Shown in pieces: positions 21,820 through 31,322 of a stretch of 64,000 nucleotides of DNA (positions within the stretch are counted from its first letter, which is position 1; the number at the start of each line of letters is the position of its first letter). The stretch covers positions 8,301-72,300 of the forward strand of contig JBBRLQ010000036.1 in assembly GCA_038231275.1 (NCBI GenBank). The letters run 5' to 3'. This stretch comes from Polyangiales bacterium (GTDB lineage: Bacteria; Myxococcota_A; Polyangia; Polyangiales; Polyangiaceae). The position numbers and the translations under genes are program-made. The notes under the pieces are model-generated. The model ran no database searches. It was not told the DNA's origin and worked only from the letters and a program-made list of their open reading frames with translations.

Positions 21820-23679
21820 ATGAGTGGGCGGGTTCTTGGCCTAATCGGAGCGGCGGCGCTGGGGCTGTCGGCGGCCGCAGCGTGCGGAACGACCTCCGAT
21901 ACGGTGCCCGCACCTGTCGGCGACGCGAGCGACGAGGCGACGGCGGACGGGGCGCTGGACGCGGGCGACGAGGGCGAGGGCATCACCGGACGCGGCAACG
22001 CCGATCTCGTGATCCTCGCGCTCTCCGATTGGCGAGGACAGGTCGAGACGATCGTCGAGCCCGACGGGACCGGCATTCCGCGGCGGTACGGAGGCCTGCC
22101 GGCGCTCGCCACCTACTTCGCGCGTGAGCGGGCGCAGAGCCCCAACACGCTGGTCTTCTCGTCGGGCGACGCGTTCGGGTCGACGCCCCTCTTGTCGAGC
22201 GCGACCGGCGACCTCCTCGCCGCAAAGGGACTCGCTCTGCTCGGGGTCACCGCCGGCGCGCTCGGGCCGCACGACTTCGATCGCGGCGCGACGCAGCTCT
22301 CGACGCTTCTCGACGTGGGCGGCTTCCGTGTCACGTCGACGAACTTGGAGAAGGTCATCCAAGTCCTCGGCCCTCGTCCGGTCACGCCATTCCTCCTGGT
22401 CGACGTGGGCACCGGGGACGCGTCGGCGCCGATCAAGGTCGCCGTGCTCGGCCTCACCGACTGGGCCCTCGCCGAGCTCCAGTTCGCGTCGAACCTCGAG
22501 GAGATCGCGGTCCGCGGGACCAAGGACCTCCTCGGCACCGCCGCCGCCGCGAACGAGGCCGCGGCAAACGCTCGCCTGGTCGGCGCCGATCTCGTCGTCG
22601 CGCTCGCGAACGTGGGTGCTGGTGATGTGTCGGGCGCCGCGCCGACCGGCCCGCTGATCGAGCTCGCCGGCCAGCTGAAGGGCATCGATCTCCTCTTCGG
22701 CGGCGAGACCGATCGTGCCTACGCCACCACCGTCGGCGGCGTGACCGTGGTGCAAAACCGGAACAAAGGGCGCACCTACGCGCGCGTGAAGCTCCACGTC
22801 GAGAAGGGCATTCCCACGCTCCAGGGCCTGCCCGAGATCGTGGAGCCGCTCGCTTACGACGTCGTTCGACCGGTCTGCGGCGACGCGGCCACCTGCGCGT
22901 GCCCGAGCGCGCCGTGCCCTGACGCGACGCACTCGTGCAACTCGGCGTCCGGCTTCTGTGAGGCCGCGGTCGTGAAGCCGGACAAGACGGCGCAGGATCT
23001 CCTCCAGGCCGCCGGCGGCGAGGTGGGTCCGCTGCTCGACACGATGATCGCCGTGGCGACCGACGCGTTCCCCCACGACGCGACGAGCGATCAGATCCAG
23101 GAGACGGCTCTCGGCGATCTCGTCGCCGACGCGATGCGTATCCGCTACGGCACGCAGCTCGCGCTCGTCCCCGGATCACGCATCTTTTCGCCGCTCCCTT
23201 CGGCGTACAAGGCGCCGGCCAACCTGAACCGGACGACCGCGCCCTACGATCTCGTCGTTGGCGACGTCGCGACGTTCCTCCTCACCGGAGGCGACTCCGC
23301 CGTCGTTCGCCAGATCTCCGGACAGGCGCTCTGGCAAATCCTCGAGAAGAGCGTCGCCGTCACGCCGACGAAGGATGCCGGGTTCCTCCAAGTGAGCGGC
23401 TTCTCGTTCACCTACACCATAGCGGCCGACGCGGGCACGATGAGGGTGAAGACGGTCACGCTCGACGGCGGCAAGATCGTGTCGCCGAACGATCCGACGC
23501 TCTACACCGTGGTCCTCACCGACGCGCTCAGCCGCGGAGAGCTCGGCTATCCGGCGCTCGCCGAGGAGGTGCCGACCCTCACGCGGGAGCTCCTGACCGA
23601 TGTCGTCGTCGGGTACGTGAAGGCCAAGACGCCGCTCGCGCTCCCCAAAACGCTCACGCGAATCGTCAAGGTCCCGTGA
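21820..23679 (+). CDS. 5'-nucleotidase/UshA-fold lipoprotein with degenerate metal ligands
   Basis: Lipobox AAAC; metallophosphoesterase scaffold (SDWRG, GDAF, GPHDFD); C-domain ETALGDLVADA, GFLQVSG. Confidence 0.8.
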   Translation: MSGRVLGLIGAAALGLSAAAACGTTSDTVPAPVGDASDEATADGALDAGDEGEGITGRGNADLVILALSDWRGQVETIVEPDGTGIPRRYGGLPALATYFARERAQSPNTLVFSSGDAFGSTPLLSSATGDLLAAKGLALLGVTAGALGPHDFDRGATQLSTLLDVGGFRVTSTNLEKVIQVLGPRPVTPFLLVDVGTGDASAPIKVAVLGLTDWALAELQFASNLEEIAVRGTKDLLGTAAAANEAAANARLVGADLVVALANVGAGDVSGAAPTGPLIELAGQLKGIDLLFGGETDRAYATTVGGVTVVQNRNKGRTYARVKLHVEKGIPTLQGLPEIVEPLAYDVVRPVCGDAATCACPSAPCPDATHSCNSASGFCEAAVVKPDKTAQDLLQAAGGEVGPLLDTMIAVATDAFPHDATSDQIQETALGDLVADAMRIRYGTQLALVPGSRIFSPLPSAYKAPANLNRTTAPYDLVVGDVATFLLTGGDSAVVRQISGQALWQILEKSVAVTPTKDAGFLQVSGFSFTYTIAADAGTMRVKTVTLDGGKIVSPNDPTLYTVVLTDALSRGELGYPALAEEVPTLTRELLTDVVVGYVKAKTPLALPKTLTRIVKVP

Positions 23680-23694
23680 GCCAGAAGCCGCGCG

Positions 23695-24804
23695 TCAGAA
23701 CGTGACGACTGTGCGGATCGCCTCGCCGGAGTGCATCGCCGCGAAGCCCTCGTTGATCTTCTCGAGGGGGATGACCTGCGACACGAGGCTGTCGATGTCG
23801 ATCTTCTTGTCCATGTACCAGTCGACGATCTTCGGCACGTCGGTGCGGCCTTTGGCGCCGCCGAACGCCGTCCCGCGCCACACGCGGCCGGTCACGAGCT
23901 GGAACGGACGCGTCGCGATCTCCTCGCCGGCGCCGGCGACACCGATGATGATGCTCTCGCCCCACCCCTTGTGGCAGCACTCGAGCGCGGTCCGCATGAC
24001 CCGGACGTCGCCGATGCACTCGAAGGTGTAGTCGGCGCCGCCGTTCGTCGTCTCGACGAGGTGGGCGACGAGATCGCCCTTCACGTCCTTGGGGTTCACG
24101 AAGTGCGTCATGCCGAATTTCTCGGCGAGCGGGCGCTTCTTGGGGTTCAAGTCGACGCCGACGATGCGGTCGGCGCCGGCGATGCGCGCGGCCTGGATGC
24201 AGTTGAGGCCGATTCCGCCGAGGCCGAAGACGACGACGTTGTCCCCCGGCTTCACCTTGGCGGTGTTGAAGACGGCGCCCAGGCCCGTCGTCACGCCGCA
24301 GCCGATGAGGCAGACTTTGTCGAACGGCGCGTCCTTGCGGATCTTCGCGAGCGCGATCTCCGGCACGACGGTGTGGCTCGCGAAGGTGCTGGTGCCCATG
24401 TAGTGGTGGAGCTTCTCTTTGCCGAACGAGAAGCGGCTCGTCCCGTCCGGCATGAGGCCCTTGCCTTGCGTCGCGCGGATCGCCTGGCACAGGTTCGTCT
24501 TTCCGCTCGTGCAGTACGAGCACTGCCGGCACTCCGGTGTGTAGAGCGGGATGACGTGGTCTCCCTTCGCGAGCGAAGTGACGTTCGGTCCGACGTCGAC
24601 GACGACGCCCGCGCCTTCGTGGCCGAGCACCGTGGGGAAGAGCCCCTCGGGGTCGCGACCGGAGAGCGTGAACTCGTCGGTGTGGCAGATGCCGGTCGCC
24701 TTGATCTCGACGAGCACCTCGCCGGACTTCGGACCCTCGAGGTCGATCGTCTCGATGGTGAGAGGCTTCTTCGGTTCGAATGCGACGGCGGCGCGGACCT
24801 TCAT
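23695..24804 (-). CDS. frmA: S-(hydroxymethyl)glutathione dehydrogenase / class III alcohol dehydrogenase
   Basis: [39 protein letters not shown]. Confidence 0.97.
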   Translation of the reverse strand: MKVRAAVAFEPKKPLTIETIDLEGPKSGEVLVEIKATGICHTDEFTLSGRDPEGLFPTVLGHEGAGVVVDVGPNVTSLAKGDHVIPLYTPECRQCSYCTSGKTNLCQAIRATQGKGLMPDGTSRFSFGKEKLHHYMGTSTFASHTVVPEIALAKIRKDAPFDKVCLIGCGVTTGLGAVFNTAKVKPGDNVVVFGLGGIGLNCIQAARIAGADRIVGVDLNPKKRPLAEKFGMTHFVNPKDVKGDLVAHLVETTNGGADYTFECIGDVRVMRTALECCHKGWGESIIIGVAGAGEEIATRPFQLVTGRVWRGTAFGGAKGRTDVPKIVDWYMDKKIDIDSLVSQVIPLEKINEGFAAMHSGEAIRTVVTF

Positions 24805-24862
24805 CGTGACGTCTCCTTGCGAGGTGCGAAGCCGACGTTACCAGTGCTAGGCTCATCTCCCA

Positions 24863-26248
24863 ATGAGTGCTTCCCACGACGAAGAGCTGAAGAGCTTGCT
24901 CGACCTCGGCGACCGCATCGTCGCGCGCGCCACCAAGGGCGGCGTCACCGTGGCCGAGTGCATGCTTCGCTCGGGACGCGAGCTGTCGGCGAAGGTCCGC
25001 CTCGGCGAGCCCGAGCTGGTCGAGGAGGCGGGCCACCGCTCGGCGGGGATGCGCGTCATGAAGGGGAAGCGCGTCGCGATCACGTCGACGAGCGATCTCA
25101 CGGAGCACGGCATCGATCGCTTCGTCAAAGACGCGATCGAGCTCGTGGAGCTGTCGCAGGAAGACCCGTTCGCAGGGCCGGCCGATCCGAAGCTCCTCAT
25201 GAATCCGAAGGATGCGCCGGAGCTGGATCTGTTCGATCCGGCGGGCGGGAGCGTCGACGCCGCGCAGGCGATCGCGATGGCCAAGAAGGGCGAGGACGCC
25301 GCGCGCAAGCAGGACGCGCGCATCACCAACAGCGAAGGCGCCACGTTCGGTCGCACGGCCGGCGGCGCGGCGATCGTGCTCTCGAGCGGATTTCGTGCGG
25401 CGTACAAGGGATCGTACGCGTCGCTCTCCGTCGTGCCGGTCGCCGAGGACGTCGGCGGCAAGAAGCGACGCGGCTACCACTGGACGGCCAAGCGCTTCCT
25501 CGCAGAGATGGACGACCCCGCCAAGGTCGGCGAAGAGGCGGCGCGCCGCACGGTGCGCAAGCTCGGCGCCAAGAGCGTCACGACCGGCGAGTTTCCGGTC
25601 GTCTTCGATCCCGACACCGCGCGCTCCATCCTTGGCATGCTCGCCGGGTGCATCATGGGCAGCTCGATCTGGCGAAAGGCGAGCTACCTCGTCGGCCGCG
25701 AGGGCACCCAGGTCGCGAGCGATCTCGTCGACGTCGTGGACGATGCGCTCATCCCGCGCGCGCCTGGCTCGCGTCCGTACGACGGCGAAGGCCTCGCCAG
25801 CCGCAAGAACGTCGTCGTCGAGAAGGGCGTCCTCCGCACCTACCTCTGCGACAGCTACTCGGCCCGCAAGCTCGGGCGCGAGAGCACCGGCAGCGCAGGG
25901 CGCGGCGGCGGCGCGGGCGTCTCGTGCAGCACGACCAATTTCATCTTGCAGCCCGGTAAGGACTCGCCCGAGTCGATCGTGAAAGGGACCAAGCGCGGCC
26001 TTTACGTCACCGACATGATGGGCTTCGGCTTCAACGCGGTGACCGGCGACTTCTCGCGCGGCGCGAGCGGCTTCTGGATCGAGAACGGCGAGCTGACCTT
26101 CCCCGTGAGCGAAGTCACGATCTCGCTCAACGTCGACGATCTCTTCAAGAGTATCGACGCGATCGGGAGCGATCTGGACCTTCGCACCTCGACCGCGGCG
26201 CCGACCCTCCGGGTCGCGAAGATGACGGTGGCCGGCTCGGTCGGCTGA
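24863..26248 (+). CDS. pmbA: TldE/PmbA family protein
   Basis: YDGEG, GFNAVTGDFSRGASGFWIENGE; no HExxxH, so PmbA rather than TldD. Confidence 0.9.
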   Translation: MSASHDEELKSLLDLGDRIVARATKGGVTVAECMLRSGRELSAKVRLGEPELVEEAGHRSAGMRVMKGKRVAITSTSDLTEHGIDRFVKDAIELVELSQEDPFAGPADPKLLMNPKDAPELDLFDPAGGSVDAAQAIAMAKKGEDAARKQDARITNSEGATFGRTAGGAAIVLSSGFRAAYKGSYASLSVVPVAEDVGGKKRRGYHWTAKRFLAEMDDPAKVGEEAARRTVRKLGAKSVTTGEFPVVFDPDTARSILGMLAGCIMGSSIWRKASYLVGREGTQVASDLVDVVDDALIPRAPGSRPYDGEGLASRKNVVVEKGVLRTYLCDSYSARKLGRESTGSAGRGGGAGVSCSTTNFILQPGKDSPESIVKGTKRGLYVTDMMGFGFNAVTGDFSRGASGFWIENGELTFPVSEVTISLNVDDLFKSIDAIGSDLDLRTSTAAPTLRVAKMTVAGSVG

Positions 26249-26316
26249 CGATCCACCATAAAAAGCCGTTGATTCGCGAGGTGTAAGGCGGGGCGCGCGT
26301 TGCGCGTTCTCTCCTC

Positions 26317-27171
26317 ATGAAGCCGAGCCCCCGTGCGTTCGCCGCCGTAGCCCTCCTCGTCCTTGCGCCGCTCGCCGTCGGGTGCGGAAAGAAGGCGGAT
26401 CGATCCGCCGACGCGCCCGCCGCGGCAGGGGTATCCGCTCCGACCGCTCCCGTCGCGCAGTCGACGCCGGGTGCGACCGACGCGAGGCCGGCGGGTCGCC
26501 TCGCGCTGCTGGAGGTCCACGCGCAGATCGAGCTCGAGCTGACGGACACCAAGCGCGCCAAGGCGATCGCCGGAAAGCTCGAGGACTTCGCGCGATCGAA
26601 CGGCGGCTACGTCGCCGACTCGAAGGACGACGGGACCTCCACCCACATGGTCCTGCGCATCCCCGCCGCCGAGCTCCGCAACGCGCGCGCGCAGCTCGCG
26701 GGCGAAGGCTCGATCGTTCGCGAGAGCGAGCAGTCGATCGACGTGACCGACGCGATCGCCGATCTCGACGCGCGCCTCCGGTCTGCGCGCATCGAGGAGA
26801 CGCGCATCCTGAAGCTCCTCGAAGAGAAGAGCGGATCCATCACGGACGTCCTCGCCGCCGAGCGCGCCCTCGCCGACGTCCGGCAGCGCGTCGAGCGCCT
26901 CGAGGCCGATCAGCGCGTCGCGCAGGGCCGCGTCGATCTCGCGACCCTCGAGATCACGATGCACCGCCCGAGCGCCCTTCCGGTCGAGCCCGGCGTCGGC
27001 GAGCGCATCTCGGAGGCCGCGAAGGACGGCGTCACTGGCGTGAAGATCGTGTCGATGGGCCTCGTGACGACCGGCCTCCGCGCCGGGCCGACGCTGCTCT
27101 TCTTCGCCGCGATCGGGGGTGCGATCTTGCTTGCGGTGCGCCGCCTCCGCAAGGTAGCCCGTAACGGGTGA
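26317..27171 (+). CDS. DUF4349 lipoprotein with C-terminal TM
   Basis: Lipobox LAVGC; GGYV..LRIPA, DVT...DLDARL, coiled coil. Confidence 0.85.
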   Translation: MKPSPRAFAAVALLVLAPLAVGCGKKADRSADAPAAAGVSAPTAPVAQSTPGATDARPAGRLALLEVHAQIELELTDTKRAKAIAGKLEDFARSNGGYVADSKDDGTSTHMVLRIPAAELRNARAQLAGEGSIVRESEQSIDVTDAIADLDARLRSARIEETRILKLLEEKSGSITDVLAAERALADVRQRVERLEADQRVAQGRVDLATLEITMHRPSALPVEPGVGERISEAAKDGVTGVKIVSMGLVTTGLRAGPTLLFFAAIGGAILLAVRRLRKVARNG

Positions 27172-27497
27172 CCCCCGACGAGCTGAAGGCGCTGCGAAAA
27201 GAGCTGGCGTGCACCGCGAAGGAGCTCGCCGCCGTCCTCGGCCTCGAGCAGGTGACGGTCCTCATGTGGGAGAAGGGTGAGCTCTTCCCGACCAAGCCGT
27301 TCATCGACAAGATGGAGCAGCTGCGGAAGAAGGGGCCCGGCGCCATCCCGCGCAAATCCAAGGGGACGGACCCCATCAAGACGCTGACCGACGCCGCGTT
27401 CTGGGAGCTCGTGAGAAAGCTCGCCGCGCACAAGAAGCTGCGCGACGAGGTGACGAAGATGGCCGCCGCCTACAGCGATCCCGCCGCGGACGAGTGA
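27168..27497 (+). CDS. XRE-family HTH protein
   Basis: LKALRKELACTAKELAAVLGLEQVTVLMWEKG..P. Confidence 0.8.
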   Translation: MTPDELKALRKELACTAKELAAVLGLEQVTVLMWEKGELFPTKPFIDKMEQLRKKGPGAIPRKSKGTDPIKTLTDAAFWELVRKLAAHKKLRDEVTKMAAAYSDPAADE

Positions 27498-27500
27498 CGG

Positions 27501-28601
27501 TCAGCCCGCTTCTTCGTTGTCGGGGCTCGCGTCGGTGCGGTGAGCCTCGGCCTCGTGCTCGTCTTCTGCTTCGTGCTCGTCGTGCGCGGCGTGCTCGCCG
27601 GTGTCGTGCCCGGCGAGAGGCGTGGGCGCGATCGTGTCGCGTGGCATGTCGGGGCTCGGGTGCTCTTCGGCCATCTTGTCGGCCTCGATCGCGGCAGCCT
27701 GCACGGTCTCCAACGTCTCGCCGAGCTCTTGCTCGACGACGCGCCGCGAATCCTCCGTCAGCTCCGCGAACTCGCGCAGCGTCGGCAAGTCCTTCACCGA
27801 TTTGAGGCCGAAGAACTCGAGGAACTCGGTCGTCGTCCCGTAGAGGAGCGGCCGGCCTGGCTCGTCCTTCTTACCGAGGATGCGCACGAGATCGCGCTCG
27901 AGCAGGATCTTGAGGACGGGGCCCGAGTCGACGCCGCGGATCTCGTCGATCTCCGGGCGTGTCACCGGTTGGCGGTAGGCGAGGATCGCGAGCGTCTCGA
28001 TCTGCGCGCGTGAAAGCTTCACCGGCTTCTGCTTCGTCAGGTCGCGCACGAACGGCGCGTAGACGGGGCTCGTGCGGAAGAGCCACCCACCGGCGATCTC
28101 TTCGAGCTGAACTCCGCGGTTCACGTACTCGCCGCGGAGCTCCTCGAGCAGCTCCTTCACTTCCTTCACCTGCGCCGACGCGGTCTTCGCCAGATCGTTC
28201 GGCTTGATCGGGTGATCGCTCGCGAAGACGAGCGCCTCCAGCAGGCCCCGCAGGTGCTTGCGCGTCGCGTGCGGCAGCCCTTCTGCGACGGCGTCCGGCA
28301 GCGCCGTCTGCGTCGTCGCCTCGAGATCGTCGCGCCCCGGGATCGAGAAGATGTCGCCGGTGAGGTTCACCGTCGCCTCCACGTCCATGTCGTCGGCGAG
28401 GCCGTTCGTGGCTTCCCGGATCTCGACGTCGGCCTCGGGCATCGCGTCGTCGACGGCCGGGCTCGGCGGCGGCTCGGGATGCGCCTGCTCTGCGTGCTCT
28501 GCCTGCTCCGCCTGCTCTGCCTGCTCTGCCGCGTCGACCTGCGGCGCACCTTGCTCCGGCGGCGGCGCCGACGACTTGCCCTTCTTCGTCTTCTTGCTCA
28601 C
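27501..28601 (-). CDS. scpB: Segregation/condensation protein ScpB with long acidic N- and C-terminal extensions
   Basis: LEALVFAS, LSRAQIETLAILAYRQPVTR.EID.IRGV, GRPLLYGTT..FLEFFGL; GTG overlaps scpA stop. Confidence 0.92.
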   Translation of the reverse strand: MSKKTKKGKSSAPPPEQGAPQVDAAEQAEQAEQAEHAEQAHPEPPPSPAVDDAMPEADVEIREATNGLADDMDVEATVNLTGDIFSIPGRDDLEATTQTALPDAVAEGLPHATRKHLRGLLEALVFASDHPIKPNDLAKTASAQVKEVKELLEELRGEYVNRGVQLEEIAGGWLFRTSPVYAPFVRDLTKQKPVKLSRAQIETLAILAYRQPVTRPEIDEIRGVDSGPVLKILLERDLVRILGKKDEPGRPLLYGTTTEFLEFFGLKSVKDLPTLREFAELTEDSRRVVEQELGETLETVQAAAIEADKMAEEHPSPDMPRDTIAPTPLAGHDTGEHAAHDEHEAEDEHEAEAHRTDASPDNEEAG

Positions 28602-29446
28602 GTCACGCCCTCGCGCGCGGCCTCGTCGACGCTCGGCGCGTCGATCGGCGCGATGTCCGCGGCGTTCTCGGAGAGCTCTACGTACAGCGGGGACAGCGGC
28701 TCGGTCTGGAAGAGGCGGGTCATTCGGAGCTTGGTCATCTCGAGCAAGGCCAAAAACGTGATCACGAGGTCGAACTTGGAGGTGAGCCCCGTGAAGAGCT
28801 CGTCGAACACGATACGCTTTTTGTCGCGAAGGGCGTCGGTGAGCTCGTTGATGCGGTCTGCGAGGCTGATTCGGTCGGCGAGGATGTCGTGCGAGATCTT
28901 GACCTTGCTCCGCGCGAGCACGGCCTGGAACGCCTCGACGAGCGAGTAGAGCGGGATGTCCGCGAGCGGGGCGAGGCCGGAGTGGACCGCCTCGTCGATC
29001 GCCACGCCGCGCGTGAACGCGTCCGCGCCGGTGATGCCGCGCGCCGCGAGGTCCGCCGCCGCCTGCTTGTACTTTTGGTACTCGAGCAATCGCCGAATGA
29101 GGGCCTGGCGCGGATCCTCTTCTTCTTGGAGCGGATCGTCCTCTTGCCCCGGCGGCGGCGCAGGGAGCAGCGACTTCGACTTGATGTGCGCGAGCGTCGC
29201 GGCCATGAGCAGGTACTCGCTCGCGACGTCGAGGTTCATCAGCGACATGACGCTGAGGTACTCGAGGTACTTCTCGGTCACGAAGGAGATGGGGATGTCG
29301 AGGATGTCGAGCTCGTGCTTCTGGCAAAGGTGCAGGAGAAGATCGAGGGGACCTTCGAAATCTCCCGCCGGCAGCGCGACCTTGTAGGTGTCCTGCCCCG
29401 CTTCGAGGATTTCGGGCTGTTCTTGCTGCGGATCGGGCTCGGACAC
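28598..29446 (-). CDS. scpA: Segregation/condensation protein ScpA
   Basis: FEGPLDLLLHL, EYLLMAATL..IKSKSLLP, TFLALLEM. Confidence 0.95.
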   Translation of the reverse strand: MSEPDPQQEQPEILEAGQDTYKVALPAGDFEGPLDLLLHLCQKHELDILDIPISFVTEKYLEYLSVMSLMNLDVASEYLLMAATLAHIKSKSLLPAPPPGQEDDPLQEEEDPRQALIRRLLEYQKYKQAAADLAARGITGADAFTRGVAIDEAVHSGLAPLADIPLYSLVEAFQAVLARSKVKISHDILADRISLADRINELTDALRDKKRIVFDELFTGLTSKFDLVITFLALLEMTKLRMTRLFQTEPLSPLYVELSENAADIAPIDAPSVDEAAREGVT

Positions 29447-29528
29447 TGGGCCTTAGGTAACCTCGCCTGGCCCCTTGGGACAAGAGCCAGCGGGCTTTCC
29501 TCGGAAAATAGGCTGATCTTGAGGTGCT

Positions 29529-31151
29529 TTAGAGCCGACGCAGCTCCTGCACGAAGAAGAAGGCGATGATGGCGAGGCCGATCATTCCTTCGAGGAGCGC
29601 GGCGGCGGCGAGGCGCGGTCCGACCATCGCCGACGCGTAGACGTAGCTCGTGCCGGCGATGCAGGTCGCGCCGACCACGAAGACGTCGAAGAGAGACGGT
29701 CCACGCCCGGCGCGACCGCGGACCTGGTGAACCTCGCCGGTGAACATGCGCGCGAGCACCAGGAAGAGGACCATGCCGAGGTAGGACATGCCGCCGGGGG
29801 CCGAGAGGAAGAAATCGTAGGCGCCGTGTATCGCCACCATCGTGAGGAACGTCTTGGACGCGTCGAAGCCGAGGCGCTCGGGATCGCGCGCGCCCTCCCA
29901 CAGCGCGGCGGCGGCGAGGCCGGTGAGCGCCATGTGGAGAAAGTTCGCGGTGAGGAAGCGCGCCATCGCGTTCGTGAGATCGGCGCTCGCGAAGTAGGCG
30001 AGGTTCTCGATCGTCGCGAAGCCGAGGCCGACGAGCGCGCCGGCGACGAGGACGTCGAGCTTCGTCGCGTTTCCGCGTCGCAAGATCGGTACGAGCGGCG
30101 CGAAGAGGAGGAGCTTCGACAGCTCCTCGCGGAAGCCGACGCCGAAGAGGTAAAAGAGCGCGTCGCGGCCCATGTCGCCGGTCTGCGTGAGGTGGAGGAT
30201 CGACTCCTGGAGCGCGATGAGCGCGTCGGTCGGCACGATGCTGAGCGCGCCCAGCACCGGCGCGAGCAGAAAAATCGGCACGCGGAACGCTGGACGCTCG
30301 GTCGCCCGGCCGAGGCGAAAACAGAACGCGAACCACGCCAGGCACGACACCGCGGCGAGGAGAAACGTCCCCAGCGTGACGCGCCCTGCCCACGCGACGG
30401 TCCACGAGAGGCGCGCGACGGCGGGCCAGTTTCGCGACTCGACCGCGTACCGAAAGCGAACCCACGGCGCCGCGAGCGCCACGACGCGCGTGTCCGAGAG
30501 CTTCTTTCCGATCCCCTCCCAGTCGTGGTCGCGCTCGAGCAGCGCGAACATCATCGCGATGTCGTTGGACCGCCCGAACGCGAGGCCCTCGCGCTCGAAG
30601 CGACGGAGCCCCTCCGCGGCGTCGCCGCGCACGAGGGCGCGCTTCGCCAAGAGGTGGTTGGCCCAGGGCGTGGGCGTCGCGCCGTCCGCCGCTGCCTCCA
30701 CCCGCGCTTGATCCTCGGCGAGGACGCCGCCCCCGAGCACGTCGCGCCAGTAGCGACCGAGCAGGGCGATCTCGGGCGCGAGCGTCGGCTTGTCCAGGAT
30801 CTCTTCGAGCGCGTGATCGCGGATGCTCTCGGCGGCCTTGCGCTTGCCGTGGTCGAACGTCTCGAGCGTGCCGTCCTCGTCGCGTGCGCGGCGGTGCGGG
30901 GGAGGCGCGCCGCTCCGCGTCTGTGCTTCGAGGAACGCGACGACGAGGGGGACGGTCACGTCACCGGATTCGAGCTCCTGGAAGTACAGCTCGGCCGCCT
31001 TATCATAGTGCCCCGCGCCGGCCAGGCGCATGGCCTGGACTTCACGAGGGGTGTGCCCGCGCATCCACACATCGAGGCCCGCGCCCGCGGCGACGGATCC
31101 GAGAAGGATCGCGGCGAGGAGCCAGCGTAGCCAGAGAGGAAAGGGGCGCAT
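29529..31151 (-). CDS. prsW: PrsW-family intramembrane glutamic protease with large N-terminal TPR-like domain
   Basis: GFREELSK, GFATIEN, HMALT, HGAYD motifs; multiple TMs. Confidence 0.85.
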   Translation of the reverse strand: MRPFPLWLRWLLAAILLGSVAAGAGLDVWMRGHTPREVQAMRLAGAGHYDKAAELYFQELESGDVTVPLVVAFLEAQTRSGAPPPHRRARDEDGTLETFDHGKRKAAESIRDHALEEILDKPTLAPEIALLGRYWRDVLGGGVLAEDQARVEAAADGATPTPWANHLLAKRALVRGDAAEGLRRFEREGLAFGRSNDIAMMFALLERDHDWEGIGKKLSDTRVVALAAPWVRFRYAVESRNWPAVARLSWTVAWAGRVTLGTFLLAAVSCLAWFAFCFRLGRATERPAFRVPIFLLAPVLGALSIVPTDALIALQESILHLTQTGDMGRDALFYLFGVGFREELSKLLLFAPLVPILRRGNATKLDVLVAGALVGLGFATIENLAYFASADLTNAMARFLTANFLHMALTGLAAAALWEGARDPERLGFDASKTFLTMVAIHGAYDFFLSAPGGMSYLGMVLFLVLARMFTGEVHQVRGRAGRGPSLFDVFVVGATCIAGTSYVYASAMVGPRLAAAALLEGMIGLAIIAFFFVQELRRL

Positions 31152-31264
31152 CGCGTGAGCTGAGCCATTTTACCGAGGGCCCAGCGCCGGAGCGTAGCGC
31201 AGCCTGTGGGTGCATGGGGCAGTCCATCGCGGTGGACGACGTTCGTGGCGTGCCCGGTGACTCG

Positions 31265-31280
31265 TGGCATGAAACTCGCT
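31265..31280 (+). promoter_or_regulatory. Putative sigma54 -24/-12 promoter
   Basis: TGGCATG-AAAC-TCGCT (GG-N10-GC) 42 bp upstream of the kinase start. Confidence 0.4.
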
Positions 31281-31322
31281 GCGTGTGGCCACTGAACGGG
31301 TACGATTGGAGCCGGTCCCTGG

